A DNA stretch of 64,000 bases from Eledone cirrhosa (lineage: Eukaryota), in the NCBI GenBank assembly GCA_964016885.1, contig OZ024740.1, positions 260,028,001-260,092,000 of the forward strand. The letters are read 5' to 3'. The notes beneath the pieces were generated by a model. That model did not search any database. It was not told the origin of the DNA and saw only the letters and a list, made by a program, of their open reading frames with translations. This document shows, piece after piece, positions 51,336 to 64,000 of the stretch. Both the position numbers and the translations under genes were made by a program. Position 1 is the first letter of the stretch; the number at the start of each line of letters is the position of its first letter.

Positions 51336-51729
51336 TATAGCGGAGAACTAGCGTGTATGAATGTAACAAGGAGACATGGTTTGTGTGTATAATATTTAAT
51401 CAACAATTTAACAGTATAGTTGATATGTCAATGAATAAACGAAAGAATGAAGCAAAGTTAATATTTAATCAAGCATTTAACAGTATAGTTGACATGTCAA
51501 TGAATAAACGAAAGAATTAAGCAAAGTTAGTAGTTACCGTTTTGATTGCCAGGCAAACGCAAGACGCCTGGCGAAGGCCAGGCGCCGGAAGGGCAAATGA
51601 GAGAGAGAGAGCCGAAGGTTATTCGTTTTATAGGGCTCTGCCGGAAGTTACAGAAAGGGTTCTACTTCCCGTCTAGATGTTGTTAATCTATTGGGGTTGT
51701 GAGTCACAACAAGGGAGACAACCGCTACA
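51336..51729 (-). mobile_element. Solo LTR (394 bp, TGTAGCGG...CCGCTATA) with 4-bp TSD CATA
   Basis: Short terminal inverted repeat; cata at 51332-51335 and 51730-51733; TATAAAA on minus near 51625-51632; internal ~70-bp tandem duplication. Confidence 0.7.
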
Positions 51730-51814
51730 CATACATATACACCAGGTCTGAACACAAAGGAAGTAAAATCCTACCACCACTGCCTCTGTCTCTCCCGCTT
51801 TCCCCATCTCTCAC

Positions 51815-53800
51815 TATTATGAGCAAATCGGGGCCCACGACGGACAGAATAGAGAAGGCGTTTGTCCGCAGGATGGTGAGGGAGATGTGCTGGAAGAGCC
51901 ATTCCAGCTTGTGAGGCTTACACCTGTGGGCAACCAATTCTGTGCTGATGGTGGTGAGTAGGGAGGTAGCTCTAGGGCCAAGGACACCAAAAGTTTCCAC
52001 TGTTATGGGCTTGACCGCAAACCTGTCGGAGAGCGATCAATATTTGGAGAGTTTACCCTCCTCAGCTTGAAGTGCAGCAGAACCTGGGTTAGTCACAGAC
52101 TGCACCAGGTTACCGCTGGAGAAAGTGTCACCACATGTGACATCCAGGCAAGGGGTTTACCACCGCAGAGTGGGAAGATAATCATGTTGTCTGGCCTTTT
52201 GCTGTCCCCTTGGTCCAGCCCCACTGGCTCCAGCTGGGAGGGGAAGCCTGCAGCATTCAAGCCATGCTCTATGACCTCATTGAGAGCAGAATGGCACGGA
52301 AGGCGGCCGTTACTGTAGCAACAGGAAAGTGGGTGGAGGCTGAAAGAATCTACGGTGGATCAACAGCAACATTTGTGTGGCTCGCAGATCTGGAGGCCAA
52401 GCCTTGGGGAAACCCTGATTCACAGTCTATTATTTTCCAGCTGTGTACTGGTTGAAAAGGAGGGTAAGGTATTGAACCAAGCACCGCTGTGAGGTTGCGA
52501 AAATGTGTGAGGCAGTGCTGGTCGAGCTGGTGCGCTAGCCTGTCCAAGGCCAAGTTGCACTGGATGGCATCCCATATGCGCTGGGGGGATTTGACGTCAA
52601 CAGGGGGAAGAAGGGAAGGGGCATCTACTGGGCAGAGTCCGAGCTGGTTCCAAGTCTCGCAGGCGGCCTCACTTTCCTCGATCACAGTGGGTTCCATTGT
52701 GTTTAGGAGAATCCTGTTGAGGACGTGGCAAGAGGTTAGCGACAAAAGAAATGCCAGCAAAGCCAGTGTGACCTGAGACCAAGGCCACCCTTTCTAAGAG
52801 GTTAGGTGGCCTGATGCCATCAAAAGTCAAACCTGACGTTGCATAACTCCTCAGCTGCCACTCGGATACAAGTGTTGAGGTCAGTGAGGAGAGATGCGTG
52901 ACTGTAGTAAGGAGCGTTATAAAGTGTATAGAGAAGCTTTGGCGTGGTGAAGCAGTTCCTCAACAGGAAGAGGGCTGGATGGGCATCAATCATGCCCAGT
53001 CTGCTGGTGATGGTCGTGAGCTACTGCAGCCTGGACCTCTTCGGTGGGATGAAGGATGGAGTCCTCCAAGGCGACCACTCTGACCATGGCAGAGACATCA
53101 CCATCGATTAGTTTGGCGTTTATGCAGTTGCAGTGGATGGGATGTCCTTGGGCACACTTAGGATGGGCATGGACCAAAGGACGAAACATTGGCCTTTGAA
53201 AAAATCTGCTGTTGACAGGCCGCCTTGGTCAGCACCAGAGTTGGGGAGGCCGAGGTCGAGTGGAGTGAAATAGAAGAGGTGCTTCCAGTCGCTGGCTTGA
53301 TTAGAGTCTAGAGCTCTCTCGATTGAGGTTGTGAGGGTATTGGCCACCAGCACCCAAGCTGTCCTCGATATCTTGAGTGGAATCTTCTGGAGCCACCTGA
53401 GCCAAGCGATGTTGACCAACAAGGCTTCAGCATTGGATAAGCTCACTGTCTCATCTGGTGGTGTAGTGGACGGCTGCAGCTGTGCAGATGAGAGGGAGAG
53501 ACAGTTGCTGCATCTCCACGCCGTGAGGGCACTGGAGGTTCAACACGCAAGGGCAACACAAGAAATGTGGTGGAAACAGCCGCATCCCGAACAGTTCCGG
53601 CTTTTCTTCTGCCTGTTCTTGGTGGGGTGTGGAACCAGTGACTGGAGCACAATGTGGCAACATGGGTGTGTGGCTGGTTGTCCCCTGTGAGGGTGCTAGG
53701 CTCAATGGTGAGTGGGTGGAGGGGAGAAACTGGAATCAAGTGGAAGTAGCTAGGGTGATGATATGAAGGAGTCATCATAACTCATCTAAACCAGATCCAA
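51815..53800 (-). mobile_element. Decayed CRE-clade non-LTR retrotransposon
   Basis: ETFGVLGPRA..WLFQHISLTILRTNA C-terminus as in 13810-14260; upstream LQKIP..SR, AKLIDGDVSA and L..GFP pieces. Confidence 0.7.
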
Positions 53801-54299
53801 AGGCAACAGAAGACAAGACAAAAAAGAAGGGTAGAGGTATGGAGGGGGACCTAAAAAAACGGGGTGTTTCAGAGGAAAATCTTAGAGATCTATATGTATA
53901 TACGCACGCACACACTCTCACCAACATACACATGCACTCCCAAGTTTTGGCTATGACACCAAAGTATATGTTATATGTACATACTTGTATGTGGACATTT
54001 TCATGTCCATGTGTATGTGTGTTTACTTTGATAACTTTGATAGGTTTCGGCCAGTATTGGCCCAGGCCATGTCTAACTTAATAGCACCACCTGGCGTTTG
54101 CATACATATAGTTCTTGGATGCCTCTGTTCTTCATTCATTACCTCATGTCTCTGTACACACAATTCATTACAATTGTGTGTGTGTGTGTATATGCATATG
54201 TATACATTTATATGTATAAGTATATAAATATAAAAGCGCAAACACACATATACTCACACAAAACACACACACACATACACTCACACAAGTGTAGCTAAT

Positions 54300-54600
54300 C
54301 ATGGAACGCTCTGGCTATAGCGTTCCACCAGCCCCTTCCTTCCTCAATCATTTCATATCTGTGTACATGACTTTTGTAGATGACTTTGTAGGTCAGCTGT
54401 AGATCTGAATGGTTTACGACACAGGTGACAGAAGAGAGTTGCGCTTTTCATAGGACAGGTGAGGTCACTCTGTGGGACACAATCTTTATGTACCACCATG
54501 TGTGTTTTTAGTCCGGAACCAGTTCTACACACTTGCATATCACACGTTGTTTCACACGTCTTTGTTGAGTGGTGTTGCAGGTGGTTGTTCTTTCATGTGA
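54300..54600 (-). mobile_element. 3' end of an RTE LINE with C2H2 zinc fingers
   Basis: C..VCRTGSGLKTHM and CHLCRKPFRSTADLQSH; 3' hairpin ggaacgct..agcgttcc. Confidence 0.55.
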
Positions 54601-54744
54601 CTTCAGGTGACTAACATAACCAGCCTTGGAGAGGAGTACACACTGACAGAAATAACATGTCCAACTACTGATGGCCCCATCAAGACTGTGAGCACAGCCC
54701 TTCCCCAGCTGACACTTCAGTTGTTTATGTTATGGAAATGTCAT

Positions 54745-56499
54745 TATAAGAGACTGATGAATGTTGAGAATGAATGGGAGAGAGAGAAACTGTCCCCAAC
54801 AGACCAGCTATTGAGGTTGATGACTATAGGGTTAAAGAGGCAATTAAGGAAATGAAAAGTGGTAAGGCAGCTGGACCGTCAAGGATAGTTGCTGAGATGC
54901 TGAAGGCATCAGGAGAAGTAGGAATCAAACTGGTCGCACGCATAATCAATCAAGTTATATGTGGCGGAGTCATACCCAAAGACTGGTGCAGCAGTATTCT
55001 CATAAATTGCTACAAAGGTAAAGAGGATGCTCAGGAGAGGAGCAATTAGAGGGGCATAAAACTGATGGATCAGGTTATGAAAGTGACAGAAAGAGTGCTA
55101 GCACAACTAATTAGAGAGAGAGAGAGTCAAATTAGATGAGATGCAGTTTGGTTTTGTCCATGGAAAAGTACAACAGATACCTCTTCTTAGTGAGACAACT
55201 ACAAGAGAGGTTCTTAGAGAAGAATAAGCCACTATACTTAGCTTTTGTTGACCTAGAGAAGGCCTTTGATAGAGTACCCCGATCTGTCATCTGGTGGTCC
55301 CTAAGGAAGCTAGGTGTTGAGGAATGGCTTGTTAGGACAGTGCAAGCTATGTACAGAGGAGCTGTCAATAAAGTAAGAGTAGGAATAAAGTTTAGTGAGA
55401 AATTCCAGATACAAGTAGGAGTGCATCAGGTTTCGGTCCTCAGCCCACTCTTATTCATTATAGTCCTCCAAACCATAGCAGAGGAGTTTAACACTGGCGT
55501 CCCATGGGAACTTTGCTATGCTAACGATCTGGTACTTATAGCAGAATCAGTGGAGAAGCTAGAGAATAAATTCTGGCTGTGGAAACAGCAGTTGGAATCA
55601 AGGACACTGTGAGTGTACCTAGCAAAGACTAAAGTGTTGATAAGTAGGAAAGAGGACGAGACTCTGATTCCATCAGGGAAATAGCCATGTTCGATATGTA
55701 GAAAAGGAGGTGGCATAAACTCTATAGAATGTACACAATGCAGATCTTGGGTACACAAGAGGTGTAGTGGGATAGCAGGCAAACTAACAGGAAAGGAAAA
55801 CTTCATATGTAGTAGATGTTCATGGAAAATTGATACTAGAAGTGTCAGTGATAGGCACATTTTTTCAAATTCAGGTAGGATCTATAGAGGTGGTTGATAG
55901 CTTCCGATATCTAGGTGATCAGATTATCAAGGGAGTAGGATGCACCGAGGCCATAGTATCTAGAATAAGGATAGGATGGAAGAAGTTTAGGAAGCTGCCT
56001 CCTCTGTTGACAACGAAGGGTTTCTCCCTACAAACGAAAGGTTGGTTATATGATACCTGTCTGAGATGTGTGATTCTGCATTATAGTGAGACATGTGCAA
56101 CAACTGTGCAGGATATGCGACAGCTGGATAGAAATGAAGCAAGCATGCTCTGGTGGATGTGCAATGTCAGTGTGCGTGAACGACCAAGCATAGACGAGTT
56201 GAGAGTGAAACTGTGTATAAGAGATATAAACTGTATTGGGCAGGAGAGAAGACTGCGTTGGTATGGCCATGTGATGTGCATGAAAAATGACCGCTGGGTG
56301 AAGAAGTGCCAGGAAATCCTGGTGGAAGGAAGATGCAGTAGAGGAAGACCACAAAAAACATGGGCGGACGTGGTGAGAGCTGACCTCAGATCCCTGAAGC
56401 TCACAGAGGAGATGATGAGGGACCATAACAAATGGAGAGATGGAAGACCCGTCCACCTTTGCAAGCAGGGAAAAGCAGACATAAAATGATGATGATGAT
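54745..56499 (+). mobile_element. RTE LINE (RT to (GAT)n tail) with an embedded PHD-like finger
   Basis: KSGKAAGPS, AFVDLEKAFDRVPR, GVHQVSVLSPLLF, YANDL, FRYLGD, RRLRWYGHV, RGRPQKTW; same family as 3354-4183. Confidence 0.9.
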
Positions 56500-58915
56500 T
56501 GGTGAATGATTGGTGGATGATACTTTCAATGCTCCGACACTCACTTCTCTCAAGGACCTCAACATCACTGACATGCCTCTGTCACTTGATACTGAGCATC
56601 TTTCTAAGACACTGCTGGTGAAAACGTTCCAGTCTTTTGATATGCTATTTGTAGGCAACATATGTCTCACACACATACAGCAATGCTGACAGTACACGTG
56701 GTATACACTTTTACCTTGGTCTTCATTGTGATTCCTGCACCACAGACAGTTGCTGAGCCTTTCAAATGACTCACTTGCTTTATTAAGATGCAGACCAAAT
56801 GCTGCATCCAGAGAGCATGTCACACTCAGAGTACTCCCCAAATACACAAATCTGTCAGCAACCTTCAGCGTTTGACCATAAACATATATGAAGGGTTTAT
56901 TGAAAACGTTATCCGGAGCAGGTTGGGACAGTCTTCTTCAGTCCCAAAGCACTGCACATATTGGAAAAAGAATCCATAAGGTGTTGCATGTCACTCTGGG
57001 AGTGTGCGAAGAGATCACAATTATCTGCATACAGAAATTCTCTGATCAAGGTACTCAGTACCTTAATGCTGGCAGTGAGATGCCTGAGATTGAACAGCTT
57101 GTTGGAAGTGCGATATCTGAGATAGATACTGTGTCGACAATCCTTTTAAGGCCATGAAGAACACCATTGCGAAATACAAGGCAAACAAAGTTGGTGCAGG
57201 TATATCACCTTGCTTGACACCATTTGCAACTGAGATTGGCTCAGACAGTTTACTCCGATGTTTACCCATGCCTGCATATCGTCGTGGAAGAGCTTGAGTA
57301 TGTTCACAAACTTTTCAGGACAGCCCAATCTCTTCAAAATAACCTACAAAGCCTTCCGATTTACAGTGTCAAATATCTTGGTCAGATCAACAAAAATTGG
57401 TATAAGTCTTTGTGCTGCTCAATGCATTTCTCTTGAAGTTGTTTGGCTGAGAAGACCATGTCAACAGTGCCTCTGACTTCTGTCTTCAGATGAGCCATGA
57501 TTAGTCATTTTGGAAGTGCAACCTTCTTCCCCTTAACTTTGGGCTTCACAACAAATTGAACTTGGCATGCACCAGACGATGGTCAGTCCAACATTCTGCG
57601 CTTCGCAATACACAAACCAATGTGATATCCCTGACATCACATTTCCTCGTTAAAACTAAGTCAATAAGGTGCCACTTCTTGGAATCTGGATGCATCCAAG
57701 TTGTCTTATATTTGTCTTTCTGCTGAAAGAACTTGTTCCCAACAACAAGATCCATCTCAGCGCACATCTGCAACAGAAGTAGGCTATTGTTATTACACTT
57801 TCCCACTCCATGCTTGCCTATCACACTCCATGCTTCCCAGTCATTACCAACACACACGTGTATTAAAATTGACAAAGATGAAAATCTTGTCTGCATAAGG
57901 TATACTATGGATGACCTCTTTCAAAGACGTGTAGAAAGCTACTTTTTTATCATCACTAGCACACATGGTAGGAGCGTACGCACTGACCAGAGTCACAAAG
58001 CGGGACTCTCATGGACATTATCTGATCATTAAATCCACAGGGAAGATTTTCCTGTTTTGAGATGATGCCATTACTAACAGCAAATGCAACACCTGCCTCT
58101 CTCCTACAACCCTTTGCCCTACCACTCCAATAGAAGGTATATTCTCCCTTCTGTTCCGTGAATTGACCCTCACCTGCCAATCTCGTTTCTAAAAAGTGCA
58201 TCGATGTCCATGTTATAGCGATTGAGTTCCTTCAACACTAAAGCAGGTCTTCTTTCAGGGTGAGTTTCACTGGATTGGGAATCAAGTAAAGTTCTTACTT
58301 TCCAGCACTTAATATTTATAGGTTTCAACCTCTTTTCAGTAACAGGATGAGGACCGGGACCACCCTGTGGTGCCATGGGACATCTGCCAGGCCAGACTCC
58401 TTCACAATAAGTTCCAGAGTCCTTACTGGCATTGACTTCAAGGTTATCATTTGTCATCATAGAGTTTGGTGCCCTTTTAGGCTATGGCCAGCCACACGAA
58501 CCAGTAACAGATCCTGAACAAGCAATACCTGTGCTTTGAAGCCTTGCACTTGACCAATCCCACTCTCTGAGCATCGGCAACACTACTCGAAAAGGAGAAC
58601 TAGTCAACATCATCGGATGCTTCTGAAGCTGCAGGTTTTTTTCAGAGTTTCCCTCTCCTAGAAAGGTGTTGTGACAACACCTGGGAGCCTTTCACTCTCA
58701 GGTGGAAAAAAATAAGTACTATTTGGATGGCCGTTGACTCTGCTGAGTTCCTCTGCTCTTTGTTGGGTCTTGAATTTTATCCAGCAGGGTGTCCAAATAT
58801 CACCCTCCTCACCAAGCAAGCTTGGTGGGGTTGCTAGTTTAGTCACCAATGACTCGACCATGGGACAGTTTGTACTGGGTTACATGTTACCAGTAGCCCT
58901 CGAGAGTGACCTGAC
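56500..58915 (-). mobile_element. Decayed RTE (BovB-like) LINE: 5'UTR, APE endonuclease, RT
   Basis: CWKVRTLLD..PERRPALV, GVAFAV, TWMHPDSKKWHLID, CWTDH, GVKQGDIPAPTLF, YLGSTLS. Confidence 0.87.
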
Positions 58916-58984
58916 ACACACACACGTGCATACATACATACATACATAATAGCTGCAAACTCTGCTGAGAGTATTGCAATTGCT

Positions 58985-59695
58985 TGTTAGATTAGGATGT
59001 GTGACGCTTGGATATGGCTTTTCAAGCCTGCTAGAGACTTGCACTCATTCGCACATTGACGACAACTATAGATCTTCTTGGCTTGAGGTCCTGCATCAGG
59101 TTGCCCGTGAACCCTCACAGCACCGTGGAGATCATACTTCACTGATTCTCTTTGAACATGACTGCGACTGTGACTCCTGAGACCAGATTTGCTCAAGCAA
59201 ATCTTTCCACACTCAGGGCACACCAATTCAATGGAGACACCGATCGTTTCGAGAGATACACCAGGGCATTGCTTATGCACATCCCGTTTGATCTTCTCGT
59301 GCTCTATGCGTCTGTTCTCAAAACCATGGACCCTATCATTCACCATTCCACACCAAGTTTCTCTTTCAAGAACTTCTATCTTCCAGTCAGCCACCATCAA
59401 ACCAGTTTTTTTCAATGAGTCCTTTACACAATCCTTGAATGAGAGCTTCCGTTTGTGAGGTGGTCTCTTACCCTCACAAAACTCAACATACAAGAGTTGT
59501 TTTGGGATTCGATCACCCTCCATTCTGCAGAGGTGTCTGGTTCATCACAAACGCCGCTGGTGGATGATACTCTCAATGCTCTGACACTCACTTCTCTCAA
59601 GGACATCAAAATCAGACATGCATCTGCCACTTGATACCGAGTATCTTTCAGAGACACTGCTGGTGAAATCGTTCCAGCCTTTTGATATGCCGTTT
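58985..59695 (-). mobile_element. 3' part of an RTE (BovB-like) LINE with C2H2 fingers
   Basis: RIPKQLLY, FKDCVKDSLK, CPECGKICLSKSGLRSH, CRQCANECKSLAGLKSH; 59558-59690 is similar to 56510-56646. Confidence 0.85.
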
Positions 59696-59699
59696 AAAC

Positions 59700-60806
59700 G
59701 TAGGAGCCCGTCTCTCGGGCAAGTCTATCTGCTTGAGACAGATAAGATCATGAGAGTTGGAAAGGAATTCCTTGAAAGATATTCCCTGCGTGATAATCAG
59801 AAAATCAAACCTAGGGAAGTTTCTCAGCAGTACCGCAGTGAATCCATGGATGAAAAACTGCATATTTATCAGCAAAAAATCATGCATGGATATATTGCCA
59901 GGAAGCTCCAGAGTGAGAGTAATATAGACAAACAAAGTAGTCTATCTTGGATCAACAACCGCTATATTGGCTCCCACTTTGAAGTATACACTTTTGCAAT
60001 CCAAAAGAGATAGGGATGCTTGCAAAACACCTAGATGTGACAACAAAAGCAGACTCTGTAGAATTAACATCGACGATGTCACCAATGTCATAAGCAGCTG
60101 TCCAAAAATGTCATCATTGTACTATCTACCTATGAGGCATGATGTAGTGGCCAAAACACTGTACGATGCAATCCGTAGAAAAGATAGACTCGATAATAAA
60201 CACATTAAAAGCTACAGCAATGTGGAAGACATACGTATACATAATATGAAAGAGTACTGGTGGAATGTTCCAGTAAAAAACCCCAATAAAATGCAGACAT
60301 AGCAGACCAGATATAATGATATGGGACAGGGGAAAGAAGGCATGCACAGTAGTGGAAGTTGGCTGCCCAGAAGATGCCAATATAATATCAAAGATTAGCG
60401 AAAAGGAGAATATTTATGCAGAACTAATGAGAAATCTGCAGATACTCCACTCTGACTATACCTTCAGATTTATGCCTGTGATTATTGGGGCACTGGGATA
60501 TGTTAGTAACTGCCTCAAAACAACTCTTGAGAAGCTGGGATTCACAGGAACAGAAAGAACACAACTAGTTACGAAATTACAAGTACAATCCATTAATGGA
60601 ACAGTAAAGATATGTAAAACATTCCCAAAATTCTGCATCTAATAACTGCATATACACATGTACAGATACAAAACATATGCACATGCACACATACAACTCA
60701 AAACATACACACCTGCACATACATGCATACATATCTACCTAGTTGATGTCTAAATTCCAATGAGAGTCTCTATTGGCAAAAATTTGTGAAATTATAAAAC
60801 CAGAAC
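59700..60806 (+). mobile_element. R4/Dong-like non-LTR retrotransposon 3' part (zinc knuckle and RLE)
   Basis: MHG, RLC..V.NVISSC, RHDVVAK, RPDIMIWD..C.VVEVGCP, KENIY, PVIIGALG. Confidence 0.82.
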
Positions 60807-61194
60807 ATACATACATGCATGCGCGTGTGTGTGTATGTGTATGATACATAGATATACGAATAACCTTTAGTGCCCGCCCCCTTTAACTCTTCATTCTTCT
60901 GTAATAAATAACCCCCGTCACCACTGCCACGACTGGGTCACATAACGAACTAGCGATACATTACATACACACATACAGATACACACGTCCATCTTCAACC
61001 TTCTCGCTGTTTTTCTTACTCGGTCAACCCCCTCTCCCTGTCTTTCTTACTCTCTCTACACTCCCCCTCCCCGTGTCTCTCCCTCACTTTGTCTTCACTC
61101 TCTCCTCCACCTCTGTCTCTCTCTCTCTAAATAAATTACAATTTCTTTTTGTATAAAAAAAGTAAAAAAACACAGAAAGAACAAGAAACGATAT

Positions 61195-61460
61195 GACCCA
61201 ACCACTGCCCGAAGGTTGGTGTTAGGGGAGGAAGCTTAAACCAGCATTATCCAGTTAGTTTACTGTGTAAAAACATTCTAAACTCTATCTTTGTATTAAC
61301 TGGCTCACTCTGTCTCTCTCTATATATATGACCCAGTCATTACCCGTGGGGGTGGTGTCGACGGTATAGAAGAAGAGGAGGAGGCTTAAACAGCAATATC
61401 TAATTGGCTTACGGTGTAAACATTTTCTCAACTCTCTTTTTTTCTCTCTACCATTATCTT
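61195..61460. repeat. ~135-bp diverged tandem duplication
   Basis: atatgaccca...gcttaaac..cagca.tatc..tgtaaa..cattct..aactct..ttaactggctcactctgtct occurs twice. Confidence 0.6.
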
Positions 61461-61844
61461 AACTGGCTCACTCTGTCTACACCTATTCCCCCTTTCATTC
61501 ACTCTGTCTCTCCCTCTATATGCGTTTTAATAACCAGCTTCATAACATCTCAACTATGGCTTCAATACTGAGCGGCAAAAATATCTCCGAGTAAGTTAAA
61601 AATTACATATTTTGCCTTTATCAATACTTTCCGTTGTTATTAGTTATCATTTCACATAGTTTTTACACTCCCAAAACCCAAACTGTGCCGTCCTCTGACG
61701 TCCTTAATGTTTTCTTAATGTCAGCCCAGCGTGGCTAATAAAACAATTGTTATTCTTTTTTACACGATTTTATGTAAACCAGCACTGTCTTCGTCTTTGT
61801 ATTGTCTATGTTCGGCCCTTGTGGCCAATAAAGAAATCATTATC

Positions 61845-63185
61845 GGACACCATGCTTCGCAGCATAGAATTACAGCCCTTTACGTTCTGAGTTCAAAACC
61901 CACCGAGGTGAGCTTTGCCTTTCATCCTTATTGGGTTGTTGAAATGAAGTACCAGTAATGCATTGGGTCGATTTAATCGACTTTCCTCTTCTCTTCAAAT
62001 AGAAACAATTAATATTATTAATAGTTTTTAGTTTAGGTACAAACCAGTAGTTTAAGGTGAGGGTAAAATCGAGTAAATTGACCGTAGTTCGGCTTGCCTT
62101 GTTACACAGTGACATGCTGAATCTCCCTGAGAATTAAGTTGTAAGTACACGTATTTCTGGAGTGGAATGCTCTTTCTTTTACACGCTAATTTCATGAGCA
62201 GGCTGTTCTGTTGTTTGAACAAATGGAGCACACATCGCCAACATTGACGGAGGAGCTATTGATGTTAAAGTACCGGCTATGTACTGAGTCTGTATAACTA
62301 ACTTTCAACAATCGCCATGCTTTGCAGAAAAGGGTTACATCCCTTTATGGTCGGAGTTCAAATCTCGCCAAGGTTAACTTTGCCTTTCATCCTTACGGGT
62401 CGATAAAATAAAGTACCAGTAATGCACTAGGTAATTGCTGGCCTTGTGCCAAAAGTAGAAACACTTATTATTGTTATTATGGCGGTGAATTGGCAGTATC
62501 GGTAGAGGGTTGGACATGCTTTCCAGCATAGTTAGGTCCCTTTACGATCTGAGTTCAAATCCTGCCGAGGTTAACTTTGCCTTTCATCCTTACGAGGTCG
62601 ATAAAATAAAGTACCAGTAATGTACTGGGTAATTGCTGGTCTTGTGCCAAAAGTAGAAACAATTATTATTGTTATTACGGATTGGCAGCATAGTTAGTGC
62701 GTCGGACAAATATTTCACCGTATTCCGGCTCTTTACGTTCAGAGTTCAAATCCTGCCCAGATTAGCTTTGCCTATCATCTGTACGGGGTCGATAAAATAA
62801 AGCACCAATTACGCACCGGGGTCGATTTAATCGATTTTCCGCTCCCCACAAAATTGTTGGCCTTGTGCCTAAATCAGAAAGCATTATTTGGATTGGCAGT
62901 ATCAGTAGAGGGTCGGACGCCATGCTTTCCAGCATAGTTACGTCCCTTTACGATCTGAGTTCAAATCCCGCCGAGGTTGACTTTGCCTTTCATCCTTACG
63001 GGGTCGATAAAATAAAGTACCAGTAATACACTGATTAATTGCTGGCCTTGTGCCTAAATCAGAAAGCATTATTATGAATTAGCAGAATTGTCAGTGCATC
63101 GGACTTTACGTTCTGGATTCAAATCCTAACAAAATCGACTTTGCCTTTTATCCTCTGGGATCGATAAAATAAACTACCAGTAATG
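61845..63185 (+). mobile_element. Head-to-tail cluster of ~6 tRNA-derived SINEs
   Basis: gagttcaaatcc..gaggttaactttgcctttcatcc..gtcgataaaataaagtaccag core recurs near 61890, 62355, 62550, 62742, 62958 and 63116. Confidence 0.85.
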
Positions 63186-63439
63186 TGCTGATGTTATACA
63201 TGATTATTATTCATTAATGATTACAACATTAAATTAGTTACGAAATGTTCCTTTTAACTAATTAATTAATTCCATTTGCTGCATAGAAAAATAAAAAATT
63301 ATATTAAAAAATGAGGCCCCCCAAGGGTGTGTGGCTCTGAGTTACAGTTTTGGCTTCTAATTAAGTCCAGAACTGTATGGGTCTATGGAATACTCAGCCA
63401 CTTATACTATAATACACAATGGGCTGTACCTCTAACGGG

Positions 63440-64000
63440 CGGATTGGCCTATCGGGCAACCGGGCAAATGCCAGAACGGCCGGTGTGCCAGAGGGCCGGT
63501 GCTGCTGCGAACATTTTTAACAATATTTTGGTCACTGACACTGCAGCTTGCAGTGTGGCCGGCCTGCCTGCATGCCGAAGAATGTTAGTGCTATGTTGTG
63601 TAGCATGAGGTTCACGATAACTGAAGTGCAAAACATACAGAGAGATGTAGAAGGGGTTCACCGTGCTGTGTCAGAATTTATTGACTGGACTTCCAAAGAA
63701 CTGGAAGAACGTTGTGAAGCTGAAGGGATTGAAACTGTTTTGATGCCTCAAGACTCCTTTCCAGAAAAAAGAGTGAGAAGAAAAAAGAGAATGCCAGGAG
63801 AAAATGGAAAAGACGAACCTATAGCCGACGCAATGGAAGATTTTACTGTGATTGTACATAATAAGATCACAGATCAAGTAGTCTAAAGCTTGAAATCGAG
63901 ATTTGAATCGAATGGTTCAATTTACAGAGATATGGCATGTTTATCACCACTGAATTTTAGTGATATAGCCACCTGTCTGCCTCAGGATGCATTGGAAACA
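63440..64000 (+). mobile_element. hAT DNA transposon remnant (terminal motif and transposase fragment)
   Basis: gggcggattggcctatcgggcaaccgggcaaatgcc terminal-like motif; KRVRRKKRMPGE..DEPI.D..F...VHN.I.D.V*SLKSRF, as in ZMYM1-like hAT transposases; in-frame stop. Confidence 0.7.

Noticed and set aside
58987-59523. Host C2H2 zinc-finger gene
   Set aside because: Fingers are the C-terminus of an RTE ORF (preceded by RIPKQLLY/FKD..K)

Overview
Repeat-dominated eukaryotic DNA, AT-rich with (TA)n/(CA)n/(GAT)n microsatellites. The SINE/LINE repertoire suggests an octopus or other cephalopod, but that is an inference. No host protein-coding gene can be confidently called. Main contents: (i) a decayed Penelope-like element (RT plus GIY-YIG with a CxCx5Cx5C linker, Naiad-type); (ii) a very young Ty3/gypsy retrotransposon at 26383-32102 with two apparently identical 402-bp TG...TA LTRs, a 4-bp TSD, a -1 frameshift site and one in-frame TGA; (iii) a solo LTR of a second TG...TA family; (iv) a 10.2-kb satellite of 40-bp units with higher-order structure; (v) many decayed RTE, CR1, CRE and R4-like LINE pieces, tRNA-derived SINEs and a hAT fragment. 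The most interesting signal is three sequence-unrelated non-coding repeat families that each carry a minimal hammerhead ribozyme motif (CTGANGA...GAAA-palindrome-TA). Each occurs as an inverted pair with the ribozymes pointing outwards. One forms a circularly permuted ~0.5-kb tandem monomer resembling a retrozyme/circRNA replicon. All calls were made by eye; no alignment, folding or database search was run.
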